A model generated the notes under the pieces. That model was given only the letters and a program-made list of their open reading frames with translations. It made no database searches and was not told the DNA's origin. Below, one piece after another: positions 1 to 14,961 of a DNA stretch of 64,000 nucleotides. Source of the stretch: Lobosporangium transversale (taxonomy: Eukaryota); contig NW_019029000.1 in assembly GCF_002105155.1 (NCBI RefSeq), forward strand, positions 248,001 through 312,000, given 5' to 3'. Position 1 is the first letter of the stretch, and each line of letters begins with the position of its first letter. The position numbers and the translations under genes were made by a program.

Positions 1-1443
1 TCAAAGCAGACTCAGATTGAAGTTGTAGGAAGAAGGAGAAGACAAAGGAGCATTGGACTATTGTGTAGCGGACGGTATGGAAGTATAAAATAGTGTTCAT
101 TCGCGAAAAATCTGATTGCACCTGATGCATGACATAAATGAAGGAGTGTTTTTTGTGACAAAATATAAAAAACACGCATACTTTCCATTTAAAACATTAT
201 GGAACTTTATTAGTCTATAGCACTATTGTTTGGATATCAAGCCTATCACCTTCTGCCAGTCCAATCACTTCAGCCACTTTCCAAAGCAGATCTTTATCAT
301 CGAGTCTGATGGCACCAGAGCGGCCCAAGGCCAAGTATGTACATGAATAGCTGTGCCGGTGGCCTTACTGAATACTCTTGATCATGATTACGGCCGCCTG
401 TAATTATACAACTCATTTGGGACTCAAAATCCTTTGATAGAGATACTAAAATAAATACCTTCGAGGATCTCGCAAGATTTCGGCCAAGGCGATATCCTTA
501 CTTGAGTTGATGGAGAAGGATCCGCAATGATAGAATCCATTAGGTTGAGTGATGAAATATACTATATTTAAACTTTCGAACCAAGAGAAAAGCTTTGGAG
601 CTCAGGCAACTCATTCCTAATGGAGCATTTGCCTACAATCTAAGCAATCCATTGCTTTGCCTATCCGTCTATGATCAGGGTTCTCTGAAGCACCCATTTA
701 TGCTGATATAATAATACCTTTTATTTGCATATAATATGAGACGCCTGCACAGGACAAGCCTAGTTATTCATAAACCAAGATCAACACGAACCAACGAATT
801 GGAACCCTTACTGCGTCAACAATCCTGTGTTTGTCATCTTTCGGACACCAATCTATCGAGCACTATAACTTGGCTGTCGAGAAATATGAAGACTTATTTT
901 ATTTGCCTGGAAATAGGGGTCGTATAGCTGACCATGACGATCAAATGATAACTCGGCTTCGGTACTCATGTTCGTCTTCCTAGTGAAAGGCTATGTGAAG
1001 TCGAAAGAAGGCCGACTAGAGCTAATGCTGGTGATGAGTAATCCAACCATATGCTCAGATGCTGCATCTGTAGTTGACTCTGTCTTGACATGTCTTATTG
1101 ATGGGCTCCCTTGAAGGAGGAGACGTACTTGTCATCGAAGAACTCCAGAACTAATGTCAATATGGATACTACTGATAATGATGATGTCGCTCGATATGTC
1201 AACATTGCGTGCCTATTCGCCCACAGTGGTTATGAGTGTTCGAATGTGGGTGCAGGTCCTAACTAAGGTACCGGTTACGGCTGCGGGTAACTCTTGTGAA
1301 CGGTAATCGCTTGACCCCAGTCAGTTATTTTTCTAGACATTTAATCCACATGGTGGTGTTTACACTACGAAAAAACAATTTTATTTTTATTATCATAAAT
1401 ATAACTGCCTCTCACTTCCTAGTTTTTTTTTTTTTTTTGTTAA

Positions 1444-3228
1444 TCAAGGCCATTTCTCAGTCCAAACACCTCCTTCGATACTGTCTGTCCAGTCTTCCTT
1501 CATTTTCTCTAGGAATGCATCCTTCTCAACATACTTTTGGACAACCCATTCACTCAACTTTTCATCATCTTCAGGCAGATCTTCAATCTTATAACGTTTC
1601 ACATGTACATGAAATTTATATTCGGGTGACAGCTGGGCTGTGTGAACACGCACCAGATCTGGGGGTACGCCAAATCCTTTCGTCTTGTGGTAGTATGCGA
1701 ATGTGAAATCTAGTGGTAGTAAGGCACCGTATAGTAGCGGAACGAGTCGTTAACAATTAATCTGGAGTCAAAATCGATCGTTTTTTCAACATTAATAAAA
1801 AACCTCTGTCGATCCATTACCATAGATACATTTGACATGTGTGCCTCTAAACTTGTTGACACAGGCAATAAAACCCTTTGTTCTAGGCATCATGACATTC
1901 GACAGCAAGGGCAAACCGCGTGAGAGCATGAACTTTTGTGACGCAGCCAACTTGCTGGGTGTCAGACGTGAGCCCTCCAAGAAACTGGCCACCCAGACGG
2001 GAGCCTGGATCTCCAATATCCGCGCAAACATTTTGTTAATCTTGACTTGGTCCTGTTGCCAGTTGCGGTTGATGAACAACATACCCATGATCCACATGCC
2101 CCATCCGTAAAATGGAATCTATGAGCATTATTCATGCAAGCAATGAGTAGTAATAGTAAGAAAAGAGAGAACATTTTTCCAGTTAATACCTTGAGGACAA
2201 AAAAATAAACAAATAGAAACAAAGACCGCAGGATAATTAGCGAAGTCTAAAACTCAAGAAAAGTAATATCAAATGACAACACTGCCAGAAAAAAAAAAAA
2301 AAAAAAGCTTACATATTTGAGCGAGTCTTTGGCAAAGTACTAAAAAAAGGAAATGGGTATCATTAGCGGCTATGCATAAACGTCGCTTTAGGATGGAGAT
2401 ATGACTGCGATATGAAGATCCGTGTCATGATTATTTTACTTACCTTCATGTAATTAACCATGCCTCTCCTGGCAGCAACCGAATGGAACATGTAAAAGTC
2501 AACAAACGACCTGTGATTACCAAAGACAATGGCACTCTCATTGTGCGGAACTTTATCACCCGAGAAAGTTATTGCAGCCTTGTGCCTTCTCTGAATGATT
2601 CACGTTCGGATTAAAAGTATAAGATCGAAGAAAGTTAGGAAAATATTTAATACCCGAAGACCGCACTATCCCAATAGCAGATCTTTCAACTACTATCCGT
2701 GATTAGTATAATCGATCCTGCTACCGTGTTATTCTGTTGCATTGTCCTGTGCTAATAATCAATTGCTTACCTCCATGATCAACTATCAGTTTTTTTACAA
2801 GATCAAAAAACGTAAAATCAGGTTAGTTTCCTTCCCCTGCCCCAGATTCAGCGTCAATCGTCAGATGAAAACATGAACAAACCTGCATGATTTTCCACAT
2901 AGAACCGGCAACACGGGCATTCACCTCAAAGAAGAGACTTTTCGAGAAAGGTCTCAAGAGCAATGAAAACACCTGCACAACATTAAGTAACGAACAGAAG
3001 CTTAAGAAAAAAAAAAAAAAAAAACGTTAACGCTTTCTTCCGAATAAACAACAAGAATAAAGATCTAGTACTATTTTTTTTTTTTTTTTTTTTTTTTTTT
3101 TGGCAATAGCTGAATATGAATGAGAAGAGAAGCTCATCCGACCGACGAGGATGTGATTTCAATGTGTACCTGAACAAAGCGGTTCCGTAGGCCAGGGCCA
3201 TTGCAGGCCGAGTGACAGTCTCGAACAT
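1444..3228 (-). CDS. Lysophospholipid/1-acylglycerol-3-phosphate acyltransferase, LCLAT1/AGPAT-like (multi-exon)
   Basis: Spliced minus-strand translation MFETVTRPAMALAYG...FCSLLNVVQVFSLL...AIVFGNHRSFVDFYMF (NHx4D motif)...YFAKDSLKYIPFYGWGMWIMGMLFINRNWQQD...FLEGSR...PRTKGF...WTEKWP*. GT-AG introns throughout. Confidence 0.9.
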
Positions 3229-4101
3229 TTGTTTAGGCGGGGTGTAAAAAGGGACAGTTGCTGTGTTCAATGATCTGTATTGATTAATTTCAATGAAAGA
3301 AACAATTGGCGATGAATAGGAATAGGAATGAGAAGTAGTATGAACAAGTTCAAGTGAAAAGATGTGGAGAAGGTTTATAAACAAGAAACACACGGCACTA
3401 ATTTTTTTTTTTTTTTTTTTTTTTCTTTTCCTTATTCACTCCACCAAGGCAGCCACGAGAACAACCTTGCAGTTGCAGGGTCTCGGAAGTGGAGGTATGA
3501 AATTGCCTTGAAAACAAATAGATTAAGGGGTAAACAACAGTACGCATGTGGAGCAACACCAGAGAACTTATGAAAATGATTGAGTGGTGCGTGCCTAGTT
3601 AAGCAAATCATCGATCCACCCAATCACTCACACCCGCAGCTCCCACTCTCTTTCTTTCTCTTCTACTTTTCTCAAAAATGAACTCAGTTTACATGCGGTC
3701 TGTGATGCTGAATTAGACTCGAGTGGGCTCAAGCACAGACCATTTTTACTCTTCTTTGTTCGTGTGACAGTTTGAGTGACATGGTGATGATAATGGTGAT
3801 TACATGAATAAAAATAAAAAATAAAAATGGCGGATAAGTCACTGATGTCTGATTACCTATTCCTTGTCTCACTTTCACCTCATTCTTTCTCACTTTTACC
3901 TCACTCTTTCTTCCTTTCTTTGTCCTATCTCTTTCCCTACTCTTGATACCTACACAATTGAGATCCACATTCACATCTATTGCATATTTTGTCCCCTTCA
4001 TTTGCACGTGTGCTATCTGATACCATCGTGGGCTTTCTTCTTTCTACTTTCATATTCATAGAGCACAGTTTTCTAATCTCGAAAATACATCCTTTACAAC
4101 C

Positions 4102-5236
4102 ATGAACTCAACACAGCACGACCATTCCTCTCCTATTCATCTCTCCGCTCTGACCTCGAGAGAGTCTCAACAGCAGCAGCCACAGCAACAACAAACTATG
4201 CAGTCATTGGCCAAAGTTACAAATGCTAATAAGATCCAGCCATATAGTTCAAATGAAAAGATCCTCGATTTGGACCAGCAAGGTAATAAACAACCAGACC
4301 AGCTTCAACAGCCACAGCCACAACCTCATCAGTTGGAACCACTACAAAGATCTCAGCAGCATGAAGGTAGTGATCCGGAGAAACAGACCATTGAGCCTTC
4401 AGGCAAAAAACTTACGCTCGCCAATCTTGTGGATCGAGTACGTGTTGCTCAACAACAAGAACAACAGCAGCAGCAGCATCAATTGCCTGAGACGCAACAG
4501 GGACAACCTCTCCATCCCTCAACAATTACGAATGATCATCCATCGCATCAGCCTGCTCCCACGCATACCTCAGAGCCAATACACCCTTTAGATCATGGTA
4601 AGAGTTTTTTTTTCTCCCTACCATTTCAGATGATGAAGGTTAACTGGGACTTCAAGATCGATATTAACATGATGGAGATCAGAAAGGGTGACTATATGCA
4701 GAGGGTACTAATCCTCGATAGATAACTACACGTTATTAAATTTTTAAAATCATTTCAGCCGAAATGGCAGAGGATTAAGGATTGACCGGTTGTTTTGATA
4801 TTCTGTCTCTACCCTGCATCGTCTAAGACATCACTAATTTATTTTTAAAAAAAAATTTTGTTGTAATCATTAACAGTAGATTCTTCACATACCAAGCTGA
4901 CGCCACGGAAGCATTCCTCTCGTCCAACCTCGATAGTTCACAATGCATCTGAAGATTCTGACCACCACAAGCACCATCTTCATTTTCAGAGGCGTCGCAG
5001 CGGTGAAAGCCACGGAGATAGAGGGCATTCTGCCCACCTATTCCCAAAGATCTTTAGCAAGGACGGTGTTCGAAATGCTCTAAAGCTGAAAAGTGCTACT
5101 ACTGCCTTTACAAAATCAAGGGACTTAGGTAATGTTGAGATCCCCGTTGCAGCCATAGAAGTAACAGGATCCGCTATCCCTGCACTCTGGCTTCGAAGAG
5201 ATGATAAAGGCCGTCGACCGGTAAGACTTTGTTCCT

Positions 5237-5267
<31 letters not shown>

Positions 5268-7271
5268 GCCTCGGTTTTGGATTCAACGCACTACTTTCTA
5301 TTTTTGCATGAGCAACCACAAAGCCTGTTGAAGGAGCAGGGCTCACAGCCCTTCATTTCCATGAAATGTTAATGTTACGCATTGCTAAAATTGGTTATGA
5401 TTTTTTTTTTTATTAGCCTCCTGTAATCTTCCAGATGCTTAAGGTGCGTTTTTTATTCATTCTGTGTTAAATACGTGGTGATTGAAATACACATTACAAA
5501 TAACTCTAGCACTAATTATCATTCAACCTTCCTTCTTGTAGGTTGCGGTGACTGATTCTAAAATTGAACCCGGTTTGGCTAAACACATTATCTTCCGTGT
5601 TGAACTTCAGTATGGTGATGTTAAATGGGTTATCTGCAGAACTCTATATGAGTTTTATAAGCTCCATCTCATCCTCGCTGCTAAGCGTTTCGAGAACCTC
5701 CCCAGCTTCCCAAACCAGGTGAGAACAAGTTTTCTTTCTTTTTTTTTTTTTTTTTTTTTTTTTTTTGGCACATGTCATGTATTCATCCTATTTTCGTCTT
5801 TTCTTCCTTCTCAAAAATGACATCTTGATTTTCCAACGGAATAAAAAAAAAAAAAAAATACTTGTTTTAGCTCACATATGCCTTCTCAATAGCAAAAGCC
5901 AGTTGGGGTATGGAGGGCCAGGAAAAAATGAACTATATACGTGAAACAAATTTTACTCGACGCCGTGCACTTCAAAACTATCTCTTAGAAGTCCTTCAAA
6001 AGCTCAACTGGACGATTGCGTATGATCTATACGAGTTTCTGGAAATCTCCGCCATGTCATTGACTAAAGATATGGGTTGGAAGGGTAAAGAGGCATATGT
6101 GGACACCAAAGTCACGGATAGTTCGCGTACGATCTGTGGCTTTAAAGGAATTTCGCGCTGGGAAAAGAATTGGGCGATTCTGCGTGATTCTTACATGGCC
6201 TTCTGTTCGAGTGTTGGATCTGAGGAAATGACGGATGTGTTCTTGTTTGATCAAAACTTCTTTGTTGAACAAAAAGGACATTCTCTCGGATTGAATATGC
6301 ATCATATCGAAATTGGAAATATGCATCGAAGGATCGAGATTAAAGGAGATCATAACAGAGAGATATTAGAATGGATGGAGCACTTCAATAAGATGAAGCA
6401 GGCCAGTCCTTGGGTCAGATCTCACCGGTTTGGCAGTTTTGCTCCTCAAAGAGAGAATGCAAAAGTACGATACTATGTCGATGGAAAGGATTACTTCCAT
6501 GCAGTGTCGGATGCGATCATGGCGGCCAAGACAGAAATCTATATCTGTGACTGGTGGCTCTCCCCTGAACTGGTAAATTGGGAGGATTGTGGACGCCAAA
6601 GAGATCAAAAGAGGTAGAGGATGGAAGGGGTATCCAAGCTGACATTTGACTTTATATTACACACACTTTTAGTATCTCCGCCGCCCTCCAGAAAAGAATG
6701 AGGAATTCAGACTGGATCGATTGCTGAAAAAGAAGGCTATGGAAGGCGTCATGATCTACATCGTGGTTTACAAGGAAATTTCGCTTGCCCTATCTCTCGA
6801 TTCTGCGCATACGAAGATCTGGCTCCAAAATCTTCATCCAAATATTCAAGGTAAAGAAAAAAAAGAAAAAAAATGTTCGATATACTTTTTGACCTACAGC
6901 TTAGCTTACAAAAAAATGTTTTCAGTCCAACGCCATCCCGATCATATCAGCGTGAATGCAACACAATTTTGGGCTCATCATGAGGTAGGGATTCCGGACA
7001 TCATAAAAAAATGTTGCCTCGTATTGTTGCTCTCCTTAATAGTATTGACTTTCTTTTATTTTATTCAGAAAATCTGTGTCATTGATTGCCGACTGGCTTT
7101 CATTGGTGGTTTAGATCTTTGTTTTGGGCGTTATGACAGTAGAACACATCAGCTTTCGGATTATCATCCCTCTGGAAAGAGTGTTATTTGGCCTGGCCAG
7201 GATTACTCAAACCCGCGCATCAAGGACTTTGTGAACGGTAATGAACTTGAGGCACTCTTTTTTTCCAAAGG

Positions 7272-7309
<38 letters not shown>

Positions 7310-10300
7310 AAATGTTTCTATTATCATTACTACTTCCACATCTAGTCAAAAAATACAGCACCAATATAATTGAAAGAAAGCTCCTTGCGCGTATGCCATG
7401 GCACGATGTGCACATGAGCATGGTAGGGCAAGTGGCGCGTGATGTCGCTCGCCATTTCGTGCAAAGATGGAACTTTGTGAAAAAAGAAAAGGGCATGAAG
7501 AAATCGCACATGAAATTCTTGGCACCCAAGGGTGAGTTTGTGAGTACACGTAATGAGAGGGGATGGACAGGTTCACAAAAGGTGCAAATATTGAGGAGCA
7601 GCACTCTTTGGTCCCAAGGCGTGAATCTGGAACGCTCTATCCAAGATGCATACTTGAGTAGCATTGAAAATGCAGAGCATTTTATCTACATTGAAAACCA
7701 GTTTTTCGGTAAGTAAAGCAAAGAAAAAAAAAAAAAATAGTCATTGGTGGAATGCAGTGCTTAGCGAAGTTGGCTAAATGATCCTTCACCTCAATTACTT
7801 AGTTACTTTGGCTGCTGAGAATGGCAACGCAAGTATCAAGAACACGATCGGTATTGCGCTGGTAAACCGCATTTTGCGTGCGCACAGAGAGCGTAAAAAA
7901 TTTCGTGTGGTTGTGGTCATGCCACTTATGCCTGCTTTCGAAGCCGATATAATGGCTGGCGATGCGGGTACGCTCCGCAAAATCATGCATTTCCAATACG
8001 TCTCGATCTCCCGTGGCGGGAACTCGGTGTTGGAGCGATTGATCGCTGAAGGGGTCGATCCGGACCAATACATTGGCTTCTTTGGTCTTCGTAGTTTTGA
8101 CAGGATCAAACATGGAAAATTCGATGCAATTGTTGAAGCAGTCAAGGAGGCAGAAATCAAGCAACGGAGGGAGAGAGTGAAGCTCGCACAGGATGGGCAA
8201 CAGCAAGAGCAGCAGCAACCATTACATATGGAAGATAGTGCGAATCAAGATGAAGATGCAGCTGTGAAAGCAGATAGTCTACTGGATGTGGATTCGGTGC
8301 TGACCGACGATGATTTAATAGAAGACAGCTCGCTTGCATCCAAGTTTCTTCTGCAACCGATCCCAAAGGATGAAGAGGCTAAAAGAATTAAGGCTATTGC
8401 AAGCCAACGCAAGGCTCTAGATGAGCAGAGGACATGGGATGAAAGTATAACAAAACATGCTATGAGCCCAGCTACGAAGGAACTCGGATATGTCCCTGCT
8501 ACGACCGAAACTTCATTAGCGGATAAAGAGATCAACGAAGAGATCCAACGTGAAACCATGGAAGCAGAGATTGCTGCTGGAGAGCACAACTTCAGAAGAG
8601 TAGGAGAAAAGGGTCCTAGACTACTGGATGGACTTGGAACCATGATGCATTCAGCAATTGAAAAGATTAAGGGCACTAAACAAGACGGCAACCTGGAGCC
8701 GCTACATCGTCGGGTTGGCCAAAAGCCCAAAGCACAGCGCCTGCGTCACCCGATTCGACACCATCGTCACCATCACCACCACCATCACCACGGCCATAGC
8801 GAACATTCCGACGATGATGATGCGGATTCTGTGGAGTTGGAGCTGGAAGAGTTACGAGAAAAAGGTTTTATACGCGGATATGAGGACTTTGGTAAAGAAG
8901 TTGCGCCTAAACCTGCATGGGACGAGAAAGAGGTCGCTACTCATGAACCCAAATCGACTGTCGAGTCTGCTCCTACTGCCAGCACTACTGAAGTTGGTGA
9001 GCAGATTGGAGCTGGCACCTCTGTCAGTGGTGGTGCATACCCCGCACGTCATCCGAAAGCGGACATACCTGAAGTTAAGGTGGAGAAGCCGATCGTGGAT
9101 GACGAAGTGGATGACTTTGTAACAGAACAACTCTACATCCATAGCAAGTTGATGATTGTTGATGACAGGATTATTATTTGTGGATCAGGTAAAAAAAAAA
9201 AAAAAAAAAAAAAAAACGAATAATAGAAGAAAGGAAGCGAAGGAAAGAAGGAGAGGGTTTATTGAAGGCTGTGAGGACAAAGATTAACCTGAAAAATCTA
9301 TATACATATATTTATTCTCAAATCCCCTTTAGCTAATATCAACGACCGTTCGCAGCTTGGTTACCGTGACTCTGAGATTGCAATAATCATTGAGGATACT
9401 GAGATGGTTAAATCGCGTATGAATGGTGAACCAGTAAGTTATTTATTCACCTTTTTTTTTCGCCTCCTCTCCATACCTTTCACTCTTTCATTGTTAGATA
9501 TCATTATGACTTTAGTTCATTAAGTGTCTTTGGTAACCTGTATTTCCTTTTAATAATACTAATTTAGTATCAAGCTGGTAAGATGGCTCATACTCTTCGC
9601 TGTGATCTTTTCAAGGAGCATCTCGGACTACTGCCCCATGTGGAGCATGATGTTGTGACTAGTGCCTCAGTATTGCCTGTAGATCTAAACGCGCCTGATC
9701 GAGACCCAGAAGAAATGCGTTTAGAGCTTATTCGTAAGGTGAATGAGCAACAGCAACACCAGCAGCAACATCAACAGCAAAATCAAAAAGAAATTCAGTC
9801 TTCATCGGCGACTGGCGCTGGGTTGGACACACTGCTAGAACACTTCAAGAAACCTCAGTATCGCTTCAGTGATGGCGTCGGCCATCTCGAGATCCATGAA
9901 CCCGATGCTGAAGAAAGCGAAGCGATCAAACGCTGGCATCGTGCTGCTGCTGGCGCTGGCGCTGCTGCTGGCGCTGACGCTGCTGCTACTACTGATCCTT
10001 CTGTTGATGAAAATAACAGTGGCTCGGCTGAATATGGGTCCGCTAAAGGGGCTGTTGCTGCTGATCCACATACAGCGGATCGGATTGTTATGGACCCGAT
10101 CCACGACTCGTTTTATGAGGGTTGGTGGAGACGTGTAGCAACTTTGAATACGGAGATCTTCCGAGAAGTCTTTCGATGCGTACCTGATGACACGGTCGAA
10201 ACTTGGGATGAGTATAGAGCGTTTGTCCCCGACCCTAAAAAAGTCCTTACGGGTCATGTGGCCATGGAAGGCGCTACGGTCGAGAAAGTCACTGAGCGAT

Positions 10301-10413
10301 TACAGAAAGTGACGGGGCATTTGGTCGAATTTCCTACAAGATTTTTGTGCAGAGAAAATTTGCTTGGAGGCGTAGTTGAAGGCGCAGTTGTACCAATGGA
10401 GATTTTCACATAG
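4102..10413 (+). CDS. PLD1: Phospholipase D1 (PX-PH-HKD-HKD type, Spo14/PLD1 family), multi-exon
   Basis: PX-like region ([14 protein letters not shown]...RRRALQNYL), PH region, YYVDGKDYF...[11 protein letters not shown], first HKD (HHEKICVID), [17 protein letters not shown], second HKD ([11 protein letters not shown]...GSANINDRS), C-terminal GHLVEFP...PMEIFT*. Confidence 0.95.
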
Positions 10414-10480
10414 AGGCAAATACCAATATATTTATTTTATTCTCCTTTTTGAGAAAACTCGTGATAGAATTTTGATGAAT

Positions 10481-10522
<42 letters not shown>

Positions 10523-11894
10523 ATGCATACATGTGCAAGATAGATAAGCTCTATGAGAATAGTTTCCTTTTTTTTTCACTTGATTGTTTGCTTGCTTGCT
10601 TGTAGCTGCCTTAGAGTGAAAGAAAAGAAAGGCTTCTAGGAGGTGAACAGTCTCTAGATACTTACTGACAATATTTCGTAGGCGATTGAAACGGTGCCAA
10701 AATACCCAGACTATCCTGAATTGACTCGAGCAATAAAAGAATGTCGTTATTAGGGAAGTATACTTTCTTGTAAATACACTCTACACTTTTTTCTTTTTTT
10801 TTTTTTTTTTTTTTTTTTTTTCTAGAGCGTCGGAGACATCTTGGTGCTGCGCTGGTATAGTTGTTTGAGGAGCTGACGGCAGACAGATTGACAATTCGAC
10901 CTTGCCTTCTACGTTGGACGCGTGGTCCTAAAATTTGATCCGCCCACCTTAAAAAAAAAGCCTATCTCAAAATCCGATTGACCTTCTATACTGATGTTAT
11001 GAAGTTTATGCAGTAATCAAGATAAGTGGCAAAGATGCTAGTATAAGCCTTACTTTCCAAAATGAACTCTACTTTTCTGTTGTATGAGAGCACTACGACA
11101 AGAAAAAAAAAAAAAAAAAAATCCGCAATCCTGATCATTAGGGACTAATGTTGTGAGAAAGACCAACCGTGCCTTGACTCCTTCTCCAGAAGTGTTGTTG
11201 AGGATCTTGGTATTGAAAAAGTAAAATGAGATAAAATATGATAAAAGAAAGGTAATGGCGTATCAGTAAGTCTGTGGAATGATGGTTAAAAAAAAAAGGC
11301 TTTTTGTCGGTGATATTTGAATTGACTTGTTTACTGTTGCAAAGCCAATGCTCAATAGAGCGGAGAGCCTACGACGCGTGTCCTAGAAACTTTTTGCTTT
11401 AGATTTGATTTTAGACTTTGGTTTCAATGGAAGCATAAAATTTTTTTAAGGCTGCAGATTAGTTGTTGAATGCAAGATGTTATATTTTTCTGTGGTTTTT
11501 AATGCACTTGGAACTGATTCGATCATATTTCAGACTCCACAGCTTCACTTTAATAATGAAATAGTAAATAGGGGTTGATTGTCAGGAAATAAAGATGGCA
11601 AACAGATCATCACCCGTATCTAATGCATTTGAGGCTTATTGGTCAATGATGAAGAACGCGATATGATGATTTGTGTATGGTTAAATAATAAGTCGATTTA
11701 TTTACTAAATTTAATGGGGAGGGGGTTGCCTTTGCTGCGATACTTTGGGAGGTACAAAATAATGATAAAATCGATTGGTATTTGACTTTTTTTTTCTAAT
11801 GAAATAATAATCCCGATTTCTTTTTTCCTTTGCTTTATCTATATTTTTGTATATTGTTGCTTCTGCTTTGTTTAGTTTTTGTTTGTTTGTTTGT

Positions 11895-12610
11895 TTACTG
11901 CCGAGACGAGGGGTCTTGAGGATAGCTAGAAGATCCACTTCTTGAGTGCGTTTGAGACCCTGTGCTTCCTGGTGCTGATACCGTGGGGGGTTGAGCATAT
12001 GCCTGTTGCTGGTATTGCATGTACTGTTGAAATTGGTCCTGTGAGACCTGATAGAAATGAGGGTCAATAGCCTTGAAAATAACGCGAAGTAAACAAATCG
12101 ATAGGTTAGGACATGATGTTGACAAACAATTGGTGGCAAAACATTAAAAGATTGGGGTAAAGACTTTTTTTTTTTTTTTTTTTTTTTTTGGGTTCGATGC
12201 CGTCATTATTGTATTCTTACATGAGGATATCCAGTGAGTCCTCCAGGACCTTGAGGGTAATATTGAGCATATTGTTGTTGGTGTTCGTCATAGACCTCGG
12301 GCTTGTTAAAAAAAAAAAAAAAGTCAGCTCCCATGTAATGTAAGAGCTTACTTTATCCTTTATCCCGTTACTACAGTCATCTCTTTTGTTTACCTCTGGT
12401 GCAGGATCTTCACGATTAGTTGATCGCTTGTTCATCTTGGGCGGCTCTTCTCGAGGAACAATATCGATTAAAAAGTCGAATTGATCCGAACGTGAGACTG
12501 CGCTGGCGACATCGCTTCGTTGCAATGTTCTCCGCTTGTTCTCCTCCGCATGCAGCCACGCCCTCCTTGTGATTTCACAGATGAAGATCTCACAGCTGTG
12601 ACATTACCAG

Positions 12611-12652
<42 letters not shown>

Positions 12653-13339
12653 GATTGGTTTTAAAATATGGAGAGTGTGGACTTGTCATATGGAAACGTG
12701 TCAATGATAAGTCGCAATCTTCTTCTGCATGGAGGAAGACTTGCTTACGCTTTGGAAAACAAAATAGGCGCCTCTGCGGAGATCATCTATTATCCCAGTA
12801 AGTAAGGCAAAAATGACCGAATGATAATAAAAAAGCGTTAGTCGCTGATGATTAACTTTCCCTCTTTCACCCATCTGTTGCGTGTTCTAGCCCGACAAAC
12901 AATGATGATCCAATGGACACATCGGATTTCGATTTTAATACGTCGTTCATTCCTTTCAAAGCTTCCCGTTTTCTTTTTCCTGTTTCATCCGTCCCTATTC
13001 TTGATCTTTCATTTTTTTTTTTCTTTTTTTTACCTTCACATCAGGATCAGACTTCATGACTTTCTTGATACGTGCTAATGGTAAAGGATGGTTCTTAAAG
13101 TCGGAATCAAATTGTTCCGCGGCAATAATCTGTTCCTCCCAAAATTCTTGTGCAAACTGTTGCTGTTGTTGCTGTACTGTGGACGAAGATCCCGCAGCAC
13201 TGCTACTTCCACCGCCACCGCCAGCTCCACTACTAGTCGTTGTTGCAGTTGGTGCTGTAGTAGTAGCCGTTCCTGTACTGCCGCCACCCCTTGAAGAAGC
13301 ACTCGGGGGTGCTGTATGCTGCTGATATGAGTCATACAT
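11895..13339 (-). CDS. HAP5: CCAAT-binding factor subunit C (NF-YC/Hap5), histone-fold protein, multi-exon
   Basis: [85 protein letters not shown], followed by a Q-rich tail ending QDPSSRQ*. Confidence 0.93.
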
Positions 13340-13390
13340 TATTTAATGAGGAAATCTTGGATATATTTGAAGATAAAGAGAGAGAGAAAA

Positions 13391-13392
<2 letters not shown>

Positions 13393-13448
<56 letters not shown>
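13393..13448. repeat. (GA)28 microsatellite upstream of the HAP5 start codon
   Basis: Pure GA dinucleotide run read directly from the sequence. Confidence 0.95.
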
Positions 13449-13457
<9 letters not shown>

Positions 13458-14673
13458 AGGCTCGCCAGTAGGATGACTAGGATGGGTGGAGGAATGAACA
13501 AATGAGAATTGTCCACAATAATGTAAGTTGGTTGATGAGCAATGACTCCCAAAGTTCTTTATTTAAATCTTTTGGTTCTTGTGTTCCTGGAATTCAAAAG
13601 AAGGAAGGAAGGGTACAATGTCGGGCACCAAATGAGACAATAGAAAAAAATAAAAAATAAAAAAAGGGAGAGCGTTGAGTGGAGAAGGAGGAAGGGAGGA
13701 AGGAGGGGGTTTGGGTGCCGTAAGAAGAAAACGCTGTAGAAACATTTTTGGTTATAACATTCAATAACATGGTATTCAACAATAAAACTCAAAAAAAAAA
13801 AAACAAATAAACAAACAAACAAAGCATATCTCCATGTACATGTCTCCATTACACACTGTGAGAAACGTGTTCAGATGGAGCAATCATATCACATCGGGAC
13901 AAGAAAATATACGATTTTGGCGCATACCTTTATTCCCTGTTAATCAGTCATTGGAAATAGCTTTTTCTGTGCATATTCTTCATTTCTTCTATCCTAGACA
14001 TGTGTTTTGTATACATGTCTCTGTCAGTATTTCATGTCCAGGTTATGAAGGAACGAAACGACCTTTAGTTCCCTCCTCTAGGACCCCATCTCCTCTCCAA
14101 CCATTCAAGTTTGAGCTGTGCTGAACCTGATGTTACCATTTCTGTTAATGTAGTGGAGTTTGATACAGGTATCATGGACAATACATTCTGCTGCCTCCTC
14201 AACATCGCTGAGAAATCGTTTGCTTTTCTCTTTCTCTTATTCAGTTGACGTGACATTCTAGTGATCACATTTGATTCTCGTCGCGATCGGCACGTTCATA
14301 GGAAATAAATGGCTTGATATGCTTAATATATATATCTCTTTCATTGCTGTTTCCCAACACTTCATTCTGAAATGAAAAGTAGCACAAGCTATTAAAAAAA
14401 AAAAAAAAAAAAAAAAGAGCTTCCATATACCATCTAAAACAGAAGCAAAGGAATGTGTCATGCCAACTCTAGACAAAAGGACAAGCAACGACGCGTTTTT
14501 ATTTCTATTTAATTTTAATAATGACGAATTGGTGACACGCATGCTATTTTTCAAAAAATATGACATCTTGATCCTGTCATCAGAGCCATACCCATGGAAA
14601 CCGGAAAACATATATAGTCCTCTCCCACATTCATCTTTCATCTCTTAAAACATCCATCATACACAAACACATC

Positions 14674-14961
14674 ATGTCTTCCGCAAGAATCGCAAACTCT
14701 GTCAAATCCGCCGTTGGTGGCGCCAAGAAGGCCGTTGGGTCTGCTCTCGGCAATGAGTCCATGAAAGCTTCTGGTATGGCCCAGCAGGCCGAAGCCAAGG
14801 TTTCTGGTATGGCTTCCCAAGCAGCACAAAAGGCCAAGGGCGTGGCCCATAATATCGAAGGTGCAGCACAACGTACTGTCGGCGCCGCTACTGGGGACAA
14901 ATCCATGGAAGCTAAAGGACACCTCAACTCTGCACGTGGAGACGCTGAACGTAAAATATAA
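14674..14961 (+). CDS. Small CsbD-repeat/Hmp1-like stress protein (95 aa, intronless)
   Basis: Two internal CsbD-like repeats (VGSALGNESMKASG / VGAATGDKSMEAKG), codon usage typical of highly expressed genes, good ATG context. Confidence 0.8.
   Translation: MSSARIANSVKSAVGGAKKAVGSALGNESMKASGMAQQAEAKVSGMASQAAQKAKGVAHNIEGAAQRTVGAATGDKSMEAKGHLNSARGDAERKI

Noticed and set aside
1..1300. Coding-like sequence at the window start, including ORF 736-927
   Set aside because: The frames I translated are interrupted by stops and show no recognisable motif, so no call can be supported.
10606..10900. Exon/intron-like signals downstream of PLD1 (GTGAAC...TACTGAC...TAG)
   Set aside because: The implied intron is only 39 nt and no reading frame survives; likely chance.
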